From: Escherichia phage AV109
Reading direction: 5' to 3' (one strand)
Length of the DNA: 64,000 nucleotides
Sequence record: OR352939.1
The first letter of the stretch is position 1, and every line of letters starts with the position of its first letter. The position numbers were made by a program, and so were the translations under genes. Below, one piece after another: positions 8,865 through 18,185 of this stretch. A model generated the notes under the pieces. The model had not been told where the DNA came from. It searched no databases and saw nothing but the letters and a program-made list of their open reading frames with translations.

Positions 8865-11078
8865 TTATTTGGCTGCTTCCACAGCCTTCATGAATTTAAC
8901 GATTTGAGCGACCTGTTCTTTTGAAAGAGTACCACGTCGTCCCATGTATTCTGACACAATATGATAATTGGTTTCGAATTCAATAACCATTTTATCATCA
9001 TTATCGTAAGCATTATCTTTAAGCTTATCGAAAATTTTAGCACACAATTCTAACTTCTTATTCAGGTCTGTATTAGTAGCACCTGCGAATCGATTCCATC
9101 CCCAACGATTATTTACTGTTGAGAGTTTTGCAAAATCTTTACTGATTTCTTTGTTTTTAGAGCTAAAATACTTACTAAGGAAGTTAAGCTCTTCATTACG
9201 AGTAATATGATTCAAATAAGGTTGAGCTCTACGACTTGGTGATACATACTCATCATAATCCGCTTTATCAATTAGCGTAATATAGTCATTAATTGATTTT
9301 TCGAACAAGCATTCTACTTCACCAAGTTTACGAACTTTCTTAGCAATCTGTGGACGAACTACAGTGAACTCTTTAATACCCGACAAATCAGCAATACGGG
9401 TCAAGAAATTGGAGTCATAGTTCAACCAACCTTTATCTGCGTCAAGACATTCAGCATTAGAACGATTACGAACTATAGCATAACCTTGGATTTCATCTGC
9501 TTCACTTGCCGGAATAAAGAGATCTTCTGATACCCAAACATCGTTTTCATTCTTAAAGAATCGATGAGCACTTGGCGATTTAGGACGAGGCTCATTAGTC
9601 CGTTTCTTGACTTCAATCCATGGCTTAACGATTTGTAAAAGCTCTGAAGTCTTGTACATGTTAATGTTGTCGCCATCAAAGATAACTTTAAGGCGTTCCA
9701 GAAGTTTCATTGCATCTTCGTCTGTAGGGTCAACGAATAGTATGCTTTTACCAAAACCGCGCGGAACTTTACCAGTTAATTTAACATCGTCTTTAGACAT
9801 TTCAATTGAATTAAGAGCTCGCATTAATGGAACGCGTCCCTTAACGTCGTCAATAACAATTTCAACATTTTTAATGTTAATGCCAATCAGACTGTTAATT
9901 GAAATAGTCGCCGATGAGCTACCACTTTCACGAATACGACGAAGACGAGGGGATTCAACTATATCGTATACTACGCCAAGATTACACCACTCAGGCCCCA
10001 TTTTAAAACGTTTGTACAACTCAGAATAAGTTAGTTGTTCTTTAGAGTATTTCAGTGATTCAATATTAGACCCGGCCTTTTCCATGTATTTACGAGCGGT
10101 ATAGCCAAGAGAATCAATTTCACGGAACACATGACGTGGGTATTTACAATCAATCCATTTCTTAGAATCTTCAGCGAACAATTTAGCATCGATTTCTGCA
10201 ACGCGTTTATGGATATTTGCTACTGTACGTTTATCAAATGACAATGCTTCACGAGACGGGGCTACATCTAGTTCACCCATAGGGAATTTAATATAAGCTG
10301 TAGTGCATCGCGTCATCATCCATGTTTGTTCTTTAATAACACTTCCGATTGGATATACAATACCACCATAAACAGCCATGATATTACCACGTTCACCCCA
10401 TGGAGCTTCCTTGGCCAAATATACATCGTCAAATTCTGGGAAGTATTTAATATCTTTAACACCACGAACTTCTGCAATATCACCTAGAGGACGCATAACA
10501 TAAGCAATTTCGGATGCGAACTTTTCAAAATCTTCTGGGTTAACAGGCACAACTACTTCAACGCCGGTCCGGTCATCAGGACCCATCTTATCTACGAAGG
10601 TTGGCTTAATCTGTGGACCCGTGTCATCTTGGTAGATTACGTAACCACGAACTTCACCGTTGTGATAAGACGTAAGGTTAAACGTATCGGTATATGCTAA
10701 TGGAGCTTTAGAGCCGAGTCCGAATCCACCAATGAAATCGTTACTCGATGTTTTAGTTGAAGCAAAATATGAGTTATAGATTCCTGGCTCTTTGTCATTA
10801 CCTCGAATGGTGAAATCACTCATACCCGGTCCAAAATCACGAACTACAAAACGTGGGTCTAAACGACCTGGAGCCTGAACAATAAACTTATCAGTGCAAC
10901 CATTAAGAATTTGCCCATCAATACAGTTTGTGATTAATTCACGTACACAAGCCAATTCTTTGTTTGTATAAAGGTCATTAGACAAAATCTTATAAACTTT
11001 GCTATTGCCTTGAATAGTAAATGCTGTGCTCTTACCGCCTGAACCAATAATCGTTTCTTTAGCCGTTTCGATAATCAT
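8865..11078 (-). CDS. rIIA: rIIA protein (GHKL-type ATPase domain at N-terminus)
   Basis: 737 aa; N-terminal ATPase-like motif (ELITNCIDGQ, DFGPGMS); adjacent to rIIB as in T4. Confidence 0.8.
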   Translation of the reverse strand: MIIETAKETIIGSGGKSTAFTIQGNSKVYKILSNDLYTNKELACVRELITNCIDGQILNGCTDKFIVQAPGRLDPRFVVRDFGPGMSDFTIRGNDKEPGIYNSYFASTKTSSNDFIGGFGLGSKAPLAYTDTFNLTSYHNGEVRGYVIYQDDTGPQIKPTFVDKMGPDDRTGVEVVVPVNPEDFEKFASEIAYVMRPLGDIAEVRGVKDIKYFPEFDDVYLAKEAPWGERGNIMAVYGGIVYPIGSVIKEQTWMMTRCTTAYIKFPMGELDVAPSREALSFDKRTVANIHKRVAEIDAKLFAEDSKKWIDCKYPRHVFREIDSLGYTARKYMEKAGSNIESLKYSKEQLTYSELYKRFKMGPEWCNLGVVYDIVESPRLRRIRESGSSSATISINSLIGINIKNVEIVIDDVKGRVPLMRALNSIEMSKDDVKLTGKVPRGFGKSILFVDPTDEDAMKLLERLKVIFDGDNINMYKTSELLQIVKPWIEVKKRTNEPRPKSPSAHRFFKNENDVWVSEDLFIPASEADEIQGYAIVRNRSNAECLDADKGWLNYDSNFLTRIADLSGIKEFTVVRPQIAKKVRKLGEVECLFEKSINDYITLIDKADYDEYVSPSRRAQPYLNHITRNEELNFLSKYFSSKNKEISKDFAKLSTVNNRWGWNRFAGATNTDLNKKLELCAKIFDKLKDNAYDNDDKMVIEFETNYHIVSEYMGRRGTLSKEQVAQIVKFMKAVEAAK

Positions 11079-11090
11079 GTTTTTCTCTCA

Positions 11091-11291
11091 TCACAAGTTA
11101 CGTTTAAAAATTTCTGCCACTTCGAGAAGTTCTTCTTTAGTAGCTGTGTCGGTTTGTATTTTATATCGAATTTCCTTAAAGCGTTCTTTAAAGGCTTCAG
11201 CTGATTCGATATCAAAAAATCTTTGGATAAGCCGGAATTCCCGGAGCACTGCTTTATCAAAAAGTTCCAAGTCCACGTTATATGTTCTCAT
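11091..11291 (-). CDS. Hypothetical protein (rIIA.1 position)
   Basis: Start placed at ATG 11291 (MRTYNV); the track start at 11321 is a GTG lying inside a 16-bp inverted repeat. Confidence 0.35.
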   Translation of the reverse strand: MRTYNVDLELFDKAVLREFRLIQRFFDIESAEAFKERFKEIRYKIQTDTATKEELLEVAEIFKRNL

Positions 11292-11311
11292 AATATTCTC
11301 TTCAGTAGATT

Positions 11312-11372
11312 CCTGAGGCACTATTACTAAAGACCATATAATCTATCATCTTATGTGTAATAGTGCCTCAGG
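11312..11372. repeat. 16-bp perfect inverted repeat (cctgaggcactattac / gtaatagtgcctcagg) with 29-nt loop
   Basis: Arms at 11312-11327 and 11357-11372 are exact reverse complements; intergenic between glycosyltransferase gene and rIIA.1. Confidence 0.7.
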
Positions 11373-11383
11373 CGATTCAGGAT

Positions 11384-12484
11384 TTACGCTGTGAAGATTT
11401 TATCCCACATCGCAACAACTGCATCTCGATTATACTTCTTCCATACTGCTTCAGCACGTTTAACTCGAGCTTCGTATGTGTCAGTGAATTCTAATACAGC
11501 TTTTGTGTAAAGCGCAACTACTTCTTTCTTAGGAGTAGAGGAATCAATTTCTACACGCACAGTATCTGGGTCGTATTCAAATGTCGCATGAGGATAATCC
11601 TTAAAAACTAACTGGATTACAGGGACACCTTTAGAGATGGCTTCAATAGAACTATTCTCTACCGTACCTGTGTCAGGACACGTATTAATAAGTGCTTTAG
11701 CTGTTTTAAGACGTTCCATGATTTCACTATGTGGAGCATCAATAATAACAGGATACTTAGCCGGTGGTGCCCATTTACTAGGACAGTATCCTGCACCATT
11801 TTCGCCTAGTGCTTTAATCGCTTCAAGAGCAACATCAGTGCGACGCATTTTAGTGTCATAACGTTGGGCACTAATAATCAAATCAGTTGCTGGGAGAACT
11901 TCTGGCTTTTCGGTCAAACAAATAACCGGGTAGTCATCATGTTCAAATAATGGATTTTCACGCCAGTAATCATAATCAATGCTATCAGTAAGAGCTGAAG
12001 TCATATGGCAATATTTACGTTCAAATTCACGGAATGCTTTAGTAGGAGCATAGCTCTTACCACCGTATTTGTGGGTAAGAATAGTTTGTTTCCAAATTTC
12101 TACAATACCGCGAGATACAGGCTCAAATGGAGTTGCCATAAAATTTCTATGAACACTGGATAAACCGGCATCTTTAATTGCGTTAACAGTTAGTTTAGTC
12201 GGTTCCATAGTAACAACAAAATCGTATTCATGGATGCCGGCTAGTTCAACAATCTTACGAGCCATAGTATAACTCATACCTAGACTGAATTTAGTCAGAT
12301 GACCAACAGGATGATGATTAACTTTCCAGTCACCAAACGTGTCATTATCAAAGCCGATATAATCAATATCAGCACCGATGGACACAAGATATTTCAACAC
12401 ATTTAAATGTACTGCTTCAAGGCCACCTTGTACACGGTCAGGATTAAATGGGACTGCACGAGATGGGATAAACATAACTTTCAT
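11384..12484 (-). CDS. GT-B fold glycosyltransferase (GT4-like); candidate DNA hydroxymethylcytosine glycosyltransferase
   Basis: 366 aa; C-terminal nucleotide-sugar binding signature resembling GT4 E-x7-E (TGTVENSSIEAISKGVPVIQ); not present at this position in T4. Confidence 0.5.
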   Translation of the reverse strand: MKVMFIPSRAVPFNPDRVQGGLEAVHLNVLKYLVSIGADIDYIGFDNDTFGDWKVNHHPVGHLTKFSLGMSYTMARKIVELAGIHEYDFVVTMEPTKLTVNAIKDAGLSSVHRNFMATPFEPVSRGIVEIWKQTILTHKYGGKSYAPTKAFREFERKYCHMTSALTDSIDYDYWRENPLFEHDDYPVICLTEKPEVLPATDLIISAQRYDTKMRRTDVALEAIKALGENGAGYCPSKWAPPAKYPVIIDAPHSEIMERLKTAKALINTCPDTGTVENSSIEAISKGVPVIQLVFKDYPHATFEYDPDTVRVEIDSSTPKKEVVALYTKAVLEFTDTYEARVKRAEAVWKKYNRDAVVAMWDKIFTA

Positions 12485-12510
12485 AATTAAGCCTTATTAA
12501 AATTAAAATG

Positions 12511-12528
12511 AAGCTCCCGAAGGAGCTT
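12511..12528 (-). other. UUCG-tetraloop hairpin (AAGCUCC-UUCG-GGAGCUU) between HNH endonuclease gene and glycosyltransferase gene
   Basis: Inverted repeat with cgaa loop on plus strand; overlaps stop codon of the HNH gene. Confidence 0.4.
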
Positions 12529-13339
12529 AGGACATCCAACACATTTTATAACCTTTGCAGGTTCTGTTAGGATTATTTAATGCTTTCAATATATTAGAAG
12601 ACCCTATATCTAAATACTCCCTTAATTCATAAAGATAGTTAAAATCAATAGTTTCACCTGTTTTTACACTTGTGATTCTTATAGGCCTTCTTTCATATTT
12701 AGATTTATACAACTCTCTAGTCTTAGCTTTAGTTTCTTCTGACCTAGGAGTGTATGGTTTAAATCCTTTTGTTTTAAATGTTTCCATTCTTGATTTAGTT
12801 ATTTTATCCTGGTGTTCTTTTGTTTTTACAGGTGCTTTTCGCCCATTCTCCCAAGATAACTTGTTGGCCTGTATTATTTTATCTATTGCTTCTTGCGTAT
12901 GAGTTTTACCATAAAATGGATTTAATTCGCCTATACGTTGTGAAGCAATATGTGACATTAATTCTCTTGTTGCTTTAGTATGTTTTTTACCTTTAAATGG
13001 ATTGCCATTTTTAGCAATCCATTCTTTCATAAATCTAGAGTGCTCTTTAGAGAATTCTTGTTTAAGCCAATCATAATCTCTAGAATTTCTAGCTCCCATG
13101 TAAAAAGCTCTAATAGCCATAAGCATAGAACGGTTCTTATGAATTTTATAAAGCAATAAATGGGCGATAAAATGCTCTCTAGGGGTCATTTTAACTAGAT
13201 TTGATTTAGCATTACTCCCACCCATAGATTTAGGCAAAATATGGTGAGTTTCAGTATAATTAGGAATAGTGCTGCGGTTTTTAGCCGCAGCGATAAGTTT
13301 ATCATAAATTTTACGATAATTCATTATCCTAGCATCCAA
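12527..13339 (-). CDS. HNH homing endonuclease with NUMOD3-like repeats (Mob-like)
   Basis: 270 aa; HHILPKSMGG...N core and repeated NPFYGK.HT / NPFKGKKHT modules; occupies the mobA slot beside gene 39. Confidence 0.65.
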   Translation of the reverse strand: MDARIMNYRKIYDKLIAAAKNRSTIPNYTETHHILPKSMGGSNAKSNLVKMTPREHFIAHLLLYKIHKNRSMLMAIRAFYMGARNSRDYDWLKQEFSKEHSRFMKEWIAKNGNPFKGKKHTKATRELMSHIASQRIGELNPFYGKTHTQEAIDKIIQANKLSWENGRKAPVKTKEHQDKITKSRMETFKTKGFKPYTPRSEETKAKTRELYKSKYERRPIRITSVKTGETIDFNYLYELREYLDIGSSNILKALNNPNRTCKGYKMCWMS

Positions 13340-15162
13340 TCTTTACGGAGTTCAGGGTCGTTACCCATGAGCATTTCAAATAGTTCTTTCCAATTTTCAG
13401 GAAGTTTAACTACGTCGTACACAGGGTTTTGAATCATTTCTTTATATTCATCCCGCTGAAGTGAGCCCAATCCCTTGATGTATCGAATACTATGCTTAGG
13501 CAGTGTATCTTTAACTTCTTCATACTCAGCTACAGTATAAAACCATTTTTGAGTTTTGCCAATTTGTGCAATAATTACAGGCGTTTTAACAAAGCGAATA
13601 CGTCCTTGTTCAAACAATTCAGGCCAATTACTAAAGAAAGCAAGCAAAGCCGGATAAATACTTCCAAGGCCGTCATGATCGGCATCGGTCATAATTGCAA
13701 TATTACGGTAGTTCGTATTCTCTGCCTTTTCACCAAGAATAAGACCCGTGATAGCACAGATATCAAAGAGCTCTTTGTTCTTCATCATATCGGCATATGA
13801 CATACCCCAGCTATTCATCACCTTACCACGTAATGGGAATCCGCCGTGTAGTTCACGGTCACGAACATCAATGAGATAACCAATTGCCGAATCACCTTCT
13901 GTTAAAAACAATGTCGTATCTGCATCTTTACCACATTGGTTAGCTTTAATATGCTTATGAACCTTAGCTTTAGTTGCCTTTTTAGCTGCTTTAGTTTCTG
14001 CAGCCTTTTCTGCTGCCAATTTACGAGCTAATGCGGCTTCAATTATAGGCATTAAAACTGCTTCAGAATTCAAAATATTTTTTGCCAATTTTTTTGTATC
14101 TAATTTAATATGCGTCCGAATTTCGCCATAAGGACTTGTTAAACGCTCTTTGGTTTGGGAATCAAAACGAAGGTTCTTCATTCCACGAACGAACATTAAG
14201 AGAGTGAGACATTCCTTGATTCGCGCTTTAGTCACGTCGATTTTATATTTGCGTTTAATAGCCGGAATTAATTCTTCGCTAATGTCGTCCATCACACATT
14301 CAATGTGATGACCACCGTTTTTGGTATGGATGTTATTCACATAAGTTAAATGACGGAAGCCATCTGGTGACCGTCCAATGGCAATAGAGCATCCGTCTTG
14401 TTCTTGAATGATGGTCTCTTCATCAAATTGTTTAGCAAACTTCTTAAAGTTACCTTGAATCTTTTTGCCATTAAATTTAAATTCAATACCAGGATAAACG
14501 ACCGCCAATGTTTGGAGCCGGTCTATAGTAATATCTTGGTATATTTTTTCAAATTGATTCATTTCAAAATGTGAGAAATCAGGAATAAACTCGACCTTAG
14601 TACCGTTGTTTTTAGACGGCTTAGATTTCCAAGAAATATTATCAGCGTTATTAGAACAATTAACGGTCAATTCATTTTTACCATCTGAAGTAGTGCCAAC
14701 AAAAGAGACAGAAAAAATATTTGTTAATGAAGAACCGACACCGTTTTGTCCACCCGTAACACGTTCTTTGTCGTCACCAAAGTTGCCACCGGCTTTTGTA
14801 CGTGTCCACGCCGCAACTGGTCCTGGAATTTCTTCTCCTTCAGGAGTAATAACTGTTTCTTGAGGAATACCTCGACCATTATCTTCAACAGTCACTTTAT
14901 TAGAATTTAAATCAATACTAACGGAAATTTTATTAGCATATTTGAAATTGGTTCGAATAGCTTCGTCTACTGAGTTGTCAATAATTTCATCAATTAATTT
15001 GAGAACACCTGCAACATATTTAACCTTTTTAAATTCACCGAATAGGAAACGTTCTTGTTCTTCATTGGCAACACTTCCAATATACATGCCAGGACGCTTC
15101 AAACAATGCTCTTTATCAGATAGCATTTCAATTTTATTATCAATCATTAGATTTTCTCTCAA
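13324..15162 (-). CDS. 39: DNA topoisomerase II large subunit gp39 (GyrB-like), unsplit 39+60
   Basis: 612 aa continuous ORF with GyrB-type ATPase N-terminus (HCLKRPGMYIGS, DNGRGIP) and TOPRIM region; no separate gene 60 or bypass gap. Confidence 0.9.
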   Translation of the reverse strand: MRENLMIDNKIEMLSDKEHCLKRPGMYIGSVANEEQERFLFGEFKKVKYVAGVLKLIDEIIDNSVDEAIRTNFKYANKISVSIDLNSNKVTVEDNGRGIPQETVITPEGEEIPGPVAAWTRTKAGGNFGDDKERVTGGQNGVGSSLTNIFSVSFVGTTSDGKNELTVNCSNNADNISWKSKPSKNNGTKVEFIPDFSHFEMNQFEKIYQDITIDRLQTLAVVYPGIEFKFNGKKIQGNFKKFAKQFDEETIIQEQDGCSIAIGRSPDGFRHLTYVNNIHTKNGGHHIECVMDDISEELIPAIKRKYKIDVTKARIKECLTLLMFVRGMKNLRFDSQTKERLTSPYGEIRTHIKLDTKKLAKNILNSEAVLMPIIEAALARKLAAEKAAETKAAKKATKAKVHKHIKANQCGKDADTTLFLTEGDSAIGYLIDVRDRELHGGFPLRGKVMNSWGMSYADMMKNKELFDICAITGLILGEKAENTNYRNIAIMTDADHDGLGSIYPALLAFFSNWPELFEQGRIRFVKTPVIIAQIGKTQKWFYTVAEYEEVKDTLPKHSIRYIKGLGSLQRDEYKEMIQNPVYDVVKLPENWKELFEMLMGNDPELRKDWMLG

Positions 15163-15823
15163 ATTGCATGACTATATTTTTGTATGAACCTTCCGGAAAT
15201 CCACGTTTAATGCTTTCTTTAGCAAATTTCCCAACCTTTGGTTTATCCAATTCTAACCATAATTTATATAAAGCAGATTCATATTCCCATACAGGACTTT
15301 TACGATTTTTAAGCCCACACTTTATAAGCGCTTCCTTTGTATGTTTCTTATTATAAAATGGATTGTTTTTGCCACTCATTGCTTTAGAATGTTCCGGGCG
15401 CTTAATTCCATACATCGGATTAAGATCGCCTTTCTTGATAACGGATTGTAGTTCAATAGTTTCTTCAGAGTGATTGTGTCCATAAAATGGATTTAACTCT
15501 TTTGAAACATCCATACCAAAGCACCCATCGACTGTGGCATAAGACATGTTGAAAAATTTTTCAGATTTAACCACATTATGCAATTTCTGGTAATACAACT
15601 CACAAAACGTCGCTTCTTCCCGTGTATCAAATTCGCCAATAATACATGAATCAAATAAATGAGGATTATCTTTTATCTCTTTATCATAAATTTGTTTATA
15701 TTTTTTCGACTTTACCGTACCATGATAGTGATTGTTTGTATGTTTATCAAGATAAGTAGACCCTATATAAAACGGTGGCAACTTATCGCCTGTGTATATT
15801 GTTAAGTATGTTATGTATTTCAT
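15140..15823 (-). CDS. GIY-YIG homing endonuclease (Seg-like) with NUMOD3 repeats
   Basis: 227 aa; N-terminal YITYLTIYTGDKLPPFYIGST (GIY-YIG variant); NPFYG..HSEET and NPFYNKKHT repeats; paralogue of 50245..51048. Confidence 0.65.
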   Translation of the reverse strand: MKYITYLTIYTGDKLPPFYIGSTYLDKHTNNHYHGTVKSKKYKQIYDKEIKDNPHLFDSCIIGEFDTREEATFCELYYQKLHNVVKSEKFFNMSYATVDGCFGMDVSKELNPFYGHNHSEETIELQSVIKKGDLNPMYGIKRPEHSKAMSGKNNPFYNKKHTKEALIKCGLKNRKSPVWEYESALYKLWLELDKPKVGKFAKESIKRGFPEGSYKNIVMQFERKSND

Positions 15824-15856
15824 AAAGGTATTCTATCATCCGAAATCTAAAGCAAA

Positions 15857-15872
15857 AAGGGCCGAAGCCCTT
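15857..15872 (-). other. UUCG-tetraloop hairpin (AAGGGC-UUCG-GCCCUU)
   Basis: Inverted repeat immediately after stop of 15871..16293. Confidence 0.4.
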
Positions 15873-16293
15873 ATTTAAATTTAATTTTCTGAAGTGCATC
15901 AATTGCAGCCAAACGCCCTTGTTCACTTTTAACTGTAACGACCACATCGCCTGATACGATCACCGAACCATCAACAAATTCTATAGAGCCTTTTTTGAAA
16001 TCGACAGCTGTATCTGGTTCCGGAACTTCTTCAAAGAATTTAAATTCTGCACCATAAAGCAGAATATCACCTTGCATACTAATGATTGTACGTCCAGGTC
16101 CATCGGTTTCAGCGGCAATAATCGAAACGCCGTAACCAATCATCTCTTCCACAATAAAATCTTTGGACAATAAAGTAGTATGCAGATTAGTATTAAGACG
16201 TTTACCAGTCGTATTAAGAATTCTCAAGAAATTATCTTCCTGTCCTTTGATAATACGATATTTCTTACCAACTTCAAAACCTTTAAAAGCCAT
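15871..16293 (-). CDS. Hypothetical protein (39.1 position)
   Basis: 140-aa ORF; AAGGG RBS. Confidence 0.45.
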   Translation of the reverse strand: MAFKGFEVGKKYRIIKGQEDNFLRILNTTGKRLNTNLHTTLLSKDFIVEEMIGYGVSIIAAETDGPGRTIISMQGDILLYGAEFKFFEEVPEPDTAVDFKKGSIEFVDGSVIVSGDVVVTVKSEQGRLAAIDALQKIKFK

Positions 16294-16295
16294 AA

Positions 16296-16475
16296 TTAAC
16301 CCTTCTTAAGTAAGTCGTAAAAACCACCGTTCACATGTTTAGGAGCAGAAACCCGACGAGTAGACAGACGATGACATTCAGGGCAAACATCGGTTTCTCG
16401 TTCAGAAATTCTTTTAATTTTTTCATATTCATGACCACAATCTTCAGATTGGCATTTATAGTCGTATAACGGCAT
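16296..16475 (-). CDS. Small zinc-ribbon protein (59 aa)
   Basis: Translation [59 protein letters not shown] has two CxxC pairs; start ATG overlaps upstream stop (TAATG); just under the track size cutoff. Confidence 0.45.
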   Translation of the reverse strand: MPLYDYKCQSEDCGHEYEKIKRISERETDVCPECHRLSTRRVSAPKHVNGGFYDLLKKG

Positions 16476-16906
16476 TATTGTTCCTTAAAGCGAGCTTTCA
16501 ACATTTGATACAAAGACCATGCCTGGTCGTTATTTTCGATAGTAATCGTCATCACCGGAAATTCAGACAATTCGTCAAGTTCACCAGAATCTTGCTCTTC
16601 GGACTCTTGATATGGATTTCCAACTTCGTCAAAGAACTCTGCTTCATTCGTGGAGAGCCAGATAAAGTTTTCATCAAGGATATCACCGCCTGTTGCGTAT
16701 CCAACCGTGCCAGTAGATGTCACAATTTTAGTAGGACGACCAAGATGGTCAACATCTAATACTTTAAATGGTTCCATGCCAAGACGTCGTGCATAAATCC
16801 CATTATCAGTGTGGTTTTTAATAAACTCTTCTTGGGCACGTTTATCTTTAAATTGGTACCATGAGTTAACGTGGAATTTATTAGCCATTAGTAAGTTTCC
16901 TTCCAA
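16475..16906 (-). CDS. Hypothetical protein
   Basis: 143-aa ORF; acidic C-terminal half. Confidence 0.45.
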   Translation of the reverse strand: MEGNLLMANKFHVNSWYQFKDKRAQEEFIKNHTDNGIYARRLGMEPFKVLDVDHLGRPTKIVTSTGTVGYATGGDILDENFIWLSTNEAEFFDEVGNPYQESEEQDSGELDELSEFPVMTITIENNDQAWSLYQMLKARFKEQ

Positions 16907-17115
16907 TAAGTTGTACCGTTTTCAGTGATTTCACGGAAGATACCATAGATAGGCATTTCATCGCCGAGTTTTTCGTAAACGTAAACCACTTCGGTGTAGC
17001 ATAAAAATTCGGTCCAGTTTTTCTGTACAACAACTAAATCAGGATTAAACAGAACATCTTCAAACTCATCGATGTTTGAATCAGTAGTTACGTTTTTAAT
17101 GATTTGACGTTTCAT
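16888..17115 (-). CDS. Hypothetical protein
   Basis: Start placed at Met16 (MKRQIIKNV) with GAGGAGA RBS; the longer track ORF would run through the promoter module. Confidence 0.4.
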   Translation of the reverse strand: MKRQIIKNVTTDSNIDEFEDVLFNPDLVVVQKNWTEFLCYTEVVYVYEKLGDEMPIYGIFREITENGTTYWKETY

Positions 17116-17142
17116 AATATTCTCCTCTTGTTTTGATAGGTC

Positions 17143-17173
17143 TATAGTATCATAGACCATAGTTGTTGTACAT
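17143..17173 (-). promoter_or_regulatory. Putative early promoter (TATAGT/TACTAT -10; TGTACA-type -35)
   Basis: Conserved GATAGGTCTATAGTATCATAGACC module followed by tgtaca. Confidence 0.35.
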
Positions 17174-17697
17174 CATTTTAGCAAAATAAAATCAACTTGT
17201 TCTGCCAATGAACGTCTAAACATTAATTGACAACTTCCGAGGATGAAATCAGGTGCTTCATAGACCGCGATGTAGTATCCTTTAGCTTTCAAGAGTTCAA
17301 CATCCACCTGGTCATCAAACCATGCATAAACCGCATCAACACTTTCAAATCCAAAATAGAACCCTTGAGCCCAATCTTCGTTCAATTCAAATGTGTGCTC
17401 AATTCTATAGTATCTTAAGATATTTTGTTCAAGGAGTTTGTCTTCATTTACTGTAGGACGATTAGGGACATTATAGTTGTCGCCGTGATGGTAGAAGTTA
17501 CCTGAGAGTATTCCATGCTTATCAAGGAACTCCCATGTTTCTTCAGAGTTGTCGGTGCCCGACCAACCGTATGGCGAGCGAGGTTCTTTATTCCAAGAGG
17601 TTTCCCAAATTCTGACGGCTTTACCATCTTCGATAGCAATTCCTGGTAATGATTCACGTTGAGTACAAAAACTACGTTCTACGCGATAAACTAACAT
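17173..17697 (-). CDS. Hypothetical protein
   Basis: 174-aa ORF; GAGGAGAA RBS. Confidence 0.45.
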   Translation of the reverse strand: MLVYRVERSFCTQRESLPGIAIEDGKAVRIWETSWNKEPRSPYGWSGTDNSEETWEFLDKHGILSGNFYHHGDNYNVPNRPTVNEDKLLEQNILRYYRIEHTFELNEDWAQGFYFGFESVDAVYAWFDDQVDVELLKAKGYYIAVYEAPDFILGSCQLMFRRSLAEQVDFILLK

Positions 17698-17722
17698 ATT
17701 ATTCTCCTCTGGTTGATATGGT

Positions 17723-17752
17723 TATAATATCAAAACCAAAGGAGAAGTAAAC
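17723..17752 (-). promoter_or_regulatory. T4 early-type promoter (GTTTAC-N17/18-TAtTAT)
   Basis: tataat 17723-17728 and gtaaac 17747-17752 on plus strand. Confidence 0.45.
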
Positions 17753-17756
17753 AATT

Positions 17757-18176
17757 TTATGCGAAAGCAGCTGGGCTATATTTTTTAATTTGGAATTCAG
17801 GAACTACCATGAACTGACCAGCGAAAACGATGTTATAAAGCTTAATACCGTCTTCTACCCAACGGTCGCTAATAAATCCGGCGATTTGCTTAGTTTTCCA
17901 CGGTGTTCCATCAGTTGCCGCAGCAATAGTGAATTCATGGTCTTTTTCAACAGAAACTGATCTGCATAGTCCCCATTTGAACGCTTTTTCTTCCGGTTCA
18001 ATGAATTGGCTTTTAACGTAACCAATGTTACCATCGGCGTCACGAACTTTAACTTCGTTACGTCCAAAAACCGGATCACTCACAGAAAGAACTTCAACCA
18101 ACTTCCCGGCAACTTTAGAGCGAGAAGCAACAGATACATATACGTAATCACCTGTAGAGAGATTTACAATATTCAT
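17757..18176 (-). CDS. Hypothetical protein, paralogue of 18186..18650
   Basis: 139 aa; shares VSVASRSKVAGKLVEV and FISDRWVEDG.KLYNIVF blocks with neighbour. Confidence 0.5.
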   Translation of the reverse strand: MNIVNLSTGDYVYVSVASRSKVAGKLVEVLSVSDPVFGRNEVKVRDADGNIGYVKSQFIEPEEKAFKWGLCRSVSVEKDHEFTIAAATDGTPWKTKQIAGFISDRWVEDGIKLYNIVFAGQFMVVPEFQIKKYSPAAFA

Positions 18177-18185
18177 AATAATTCC

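Noticed and set aside
9607-10029. Plus-strand ORFs antisense inside large minus-strand genes (for example 9607..10029 in rIIA, 41489..41875 in gene 43, 48229..48663 in gene 46, 32277..32642 in uvsX, 46482..46934)
   Set aside because: Each is fully embedded antisense in a well-supported conserved gene, lacks an RBS, and has a low-complexity or hydrophobic composition typical of shadow ORFs.
13324-15162. Search for a gene 60-type translational bypass element or a split 39/60 arrangement
   Set aside because: Gene 39 is a single uninterrupted 612-aa frame; no stop-flanked gap or separate small downstream ORF was found.
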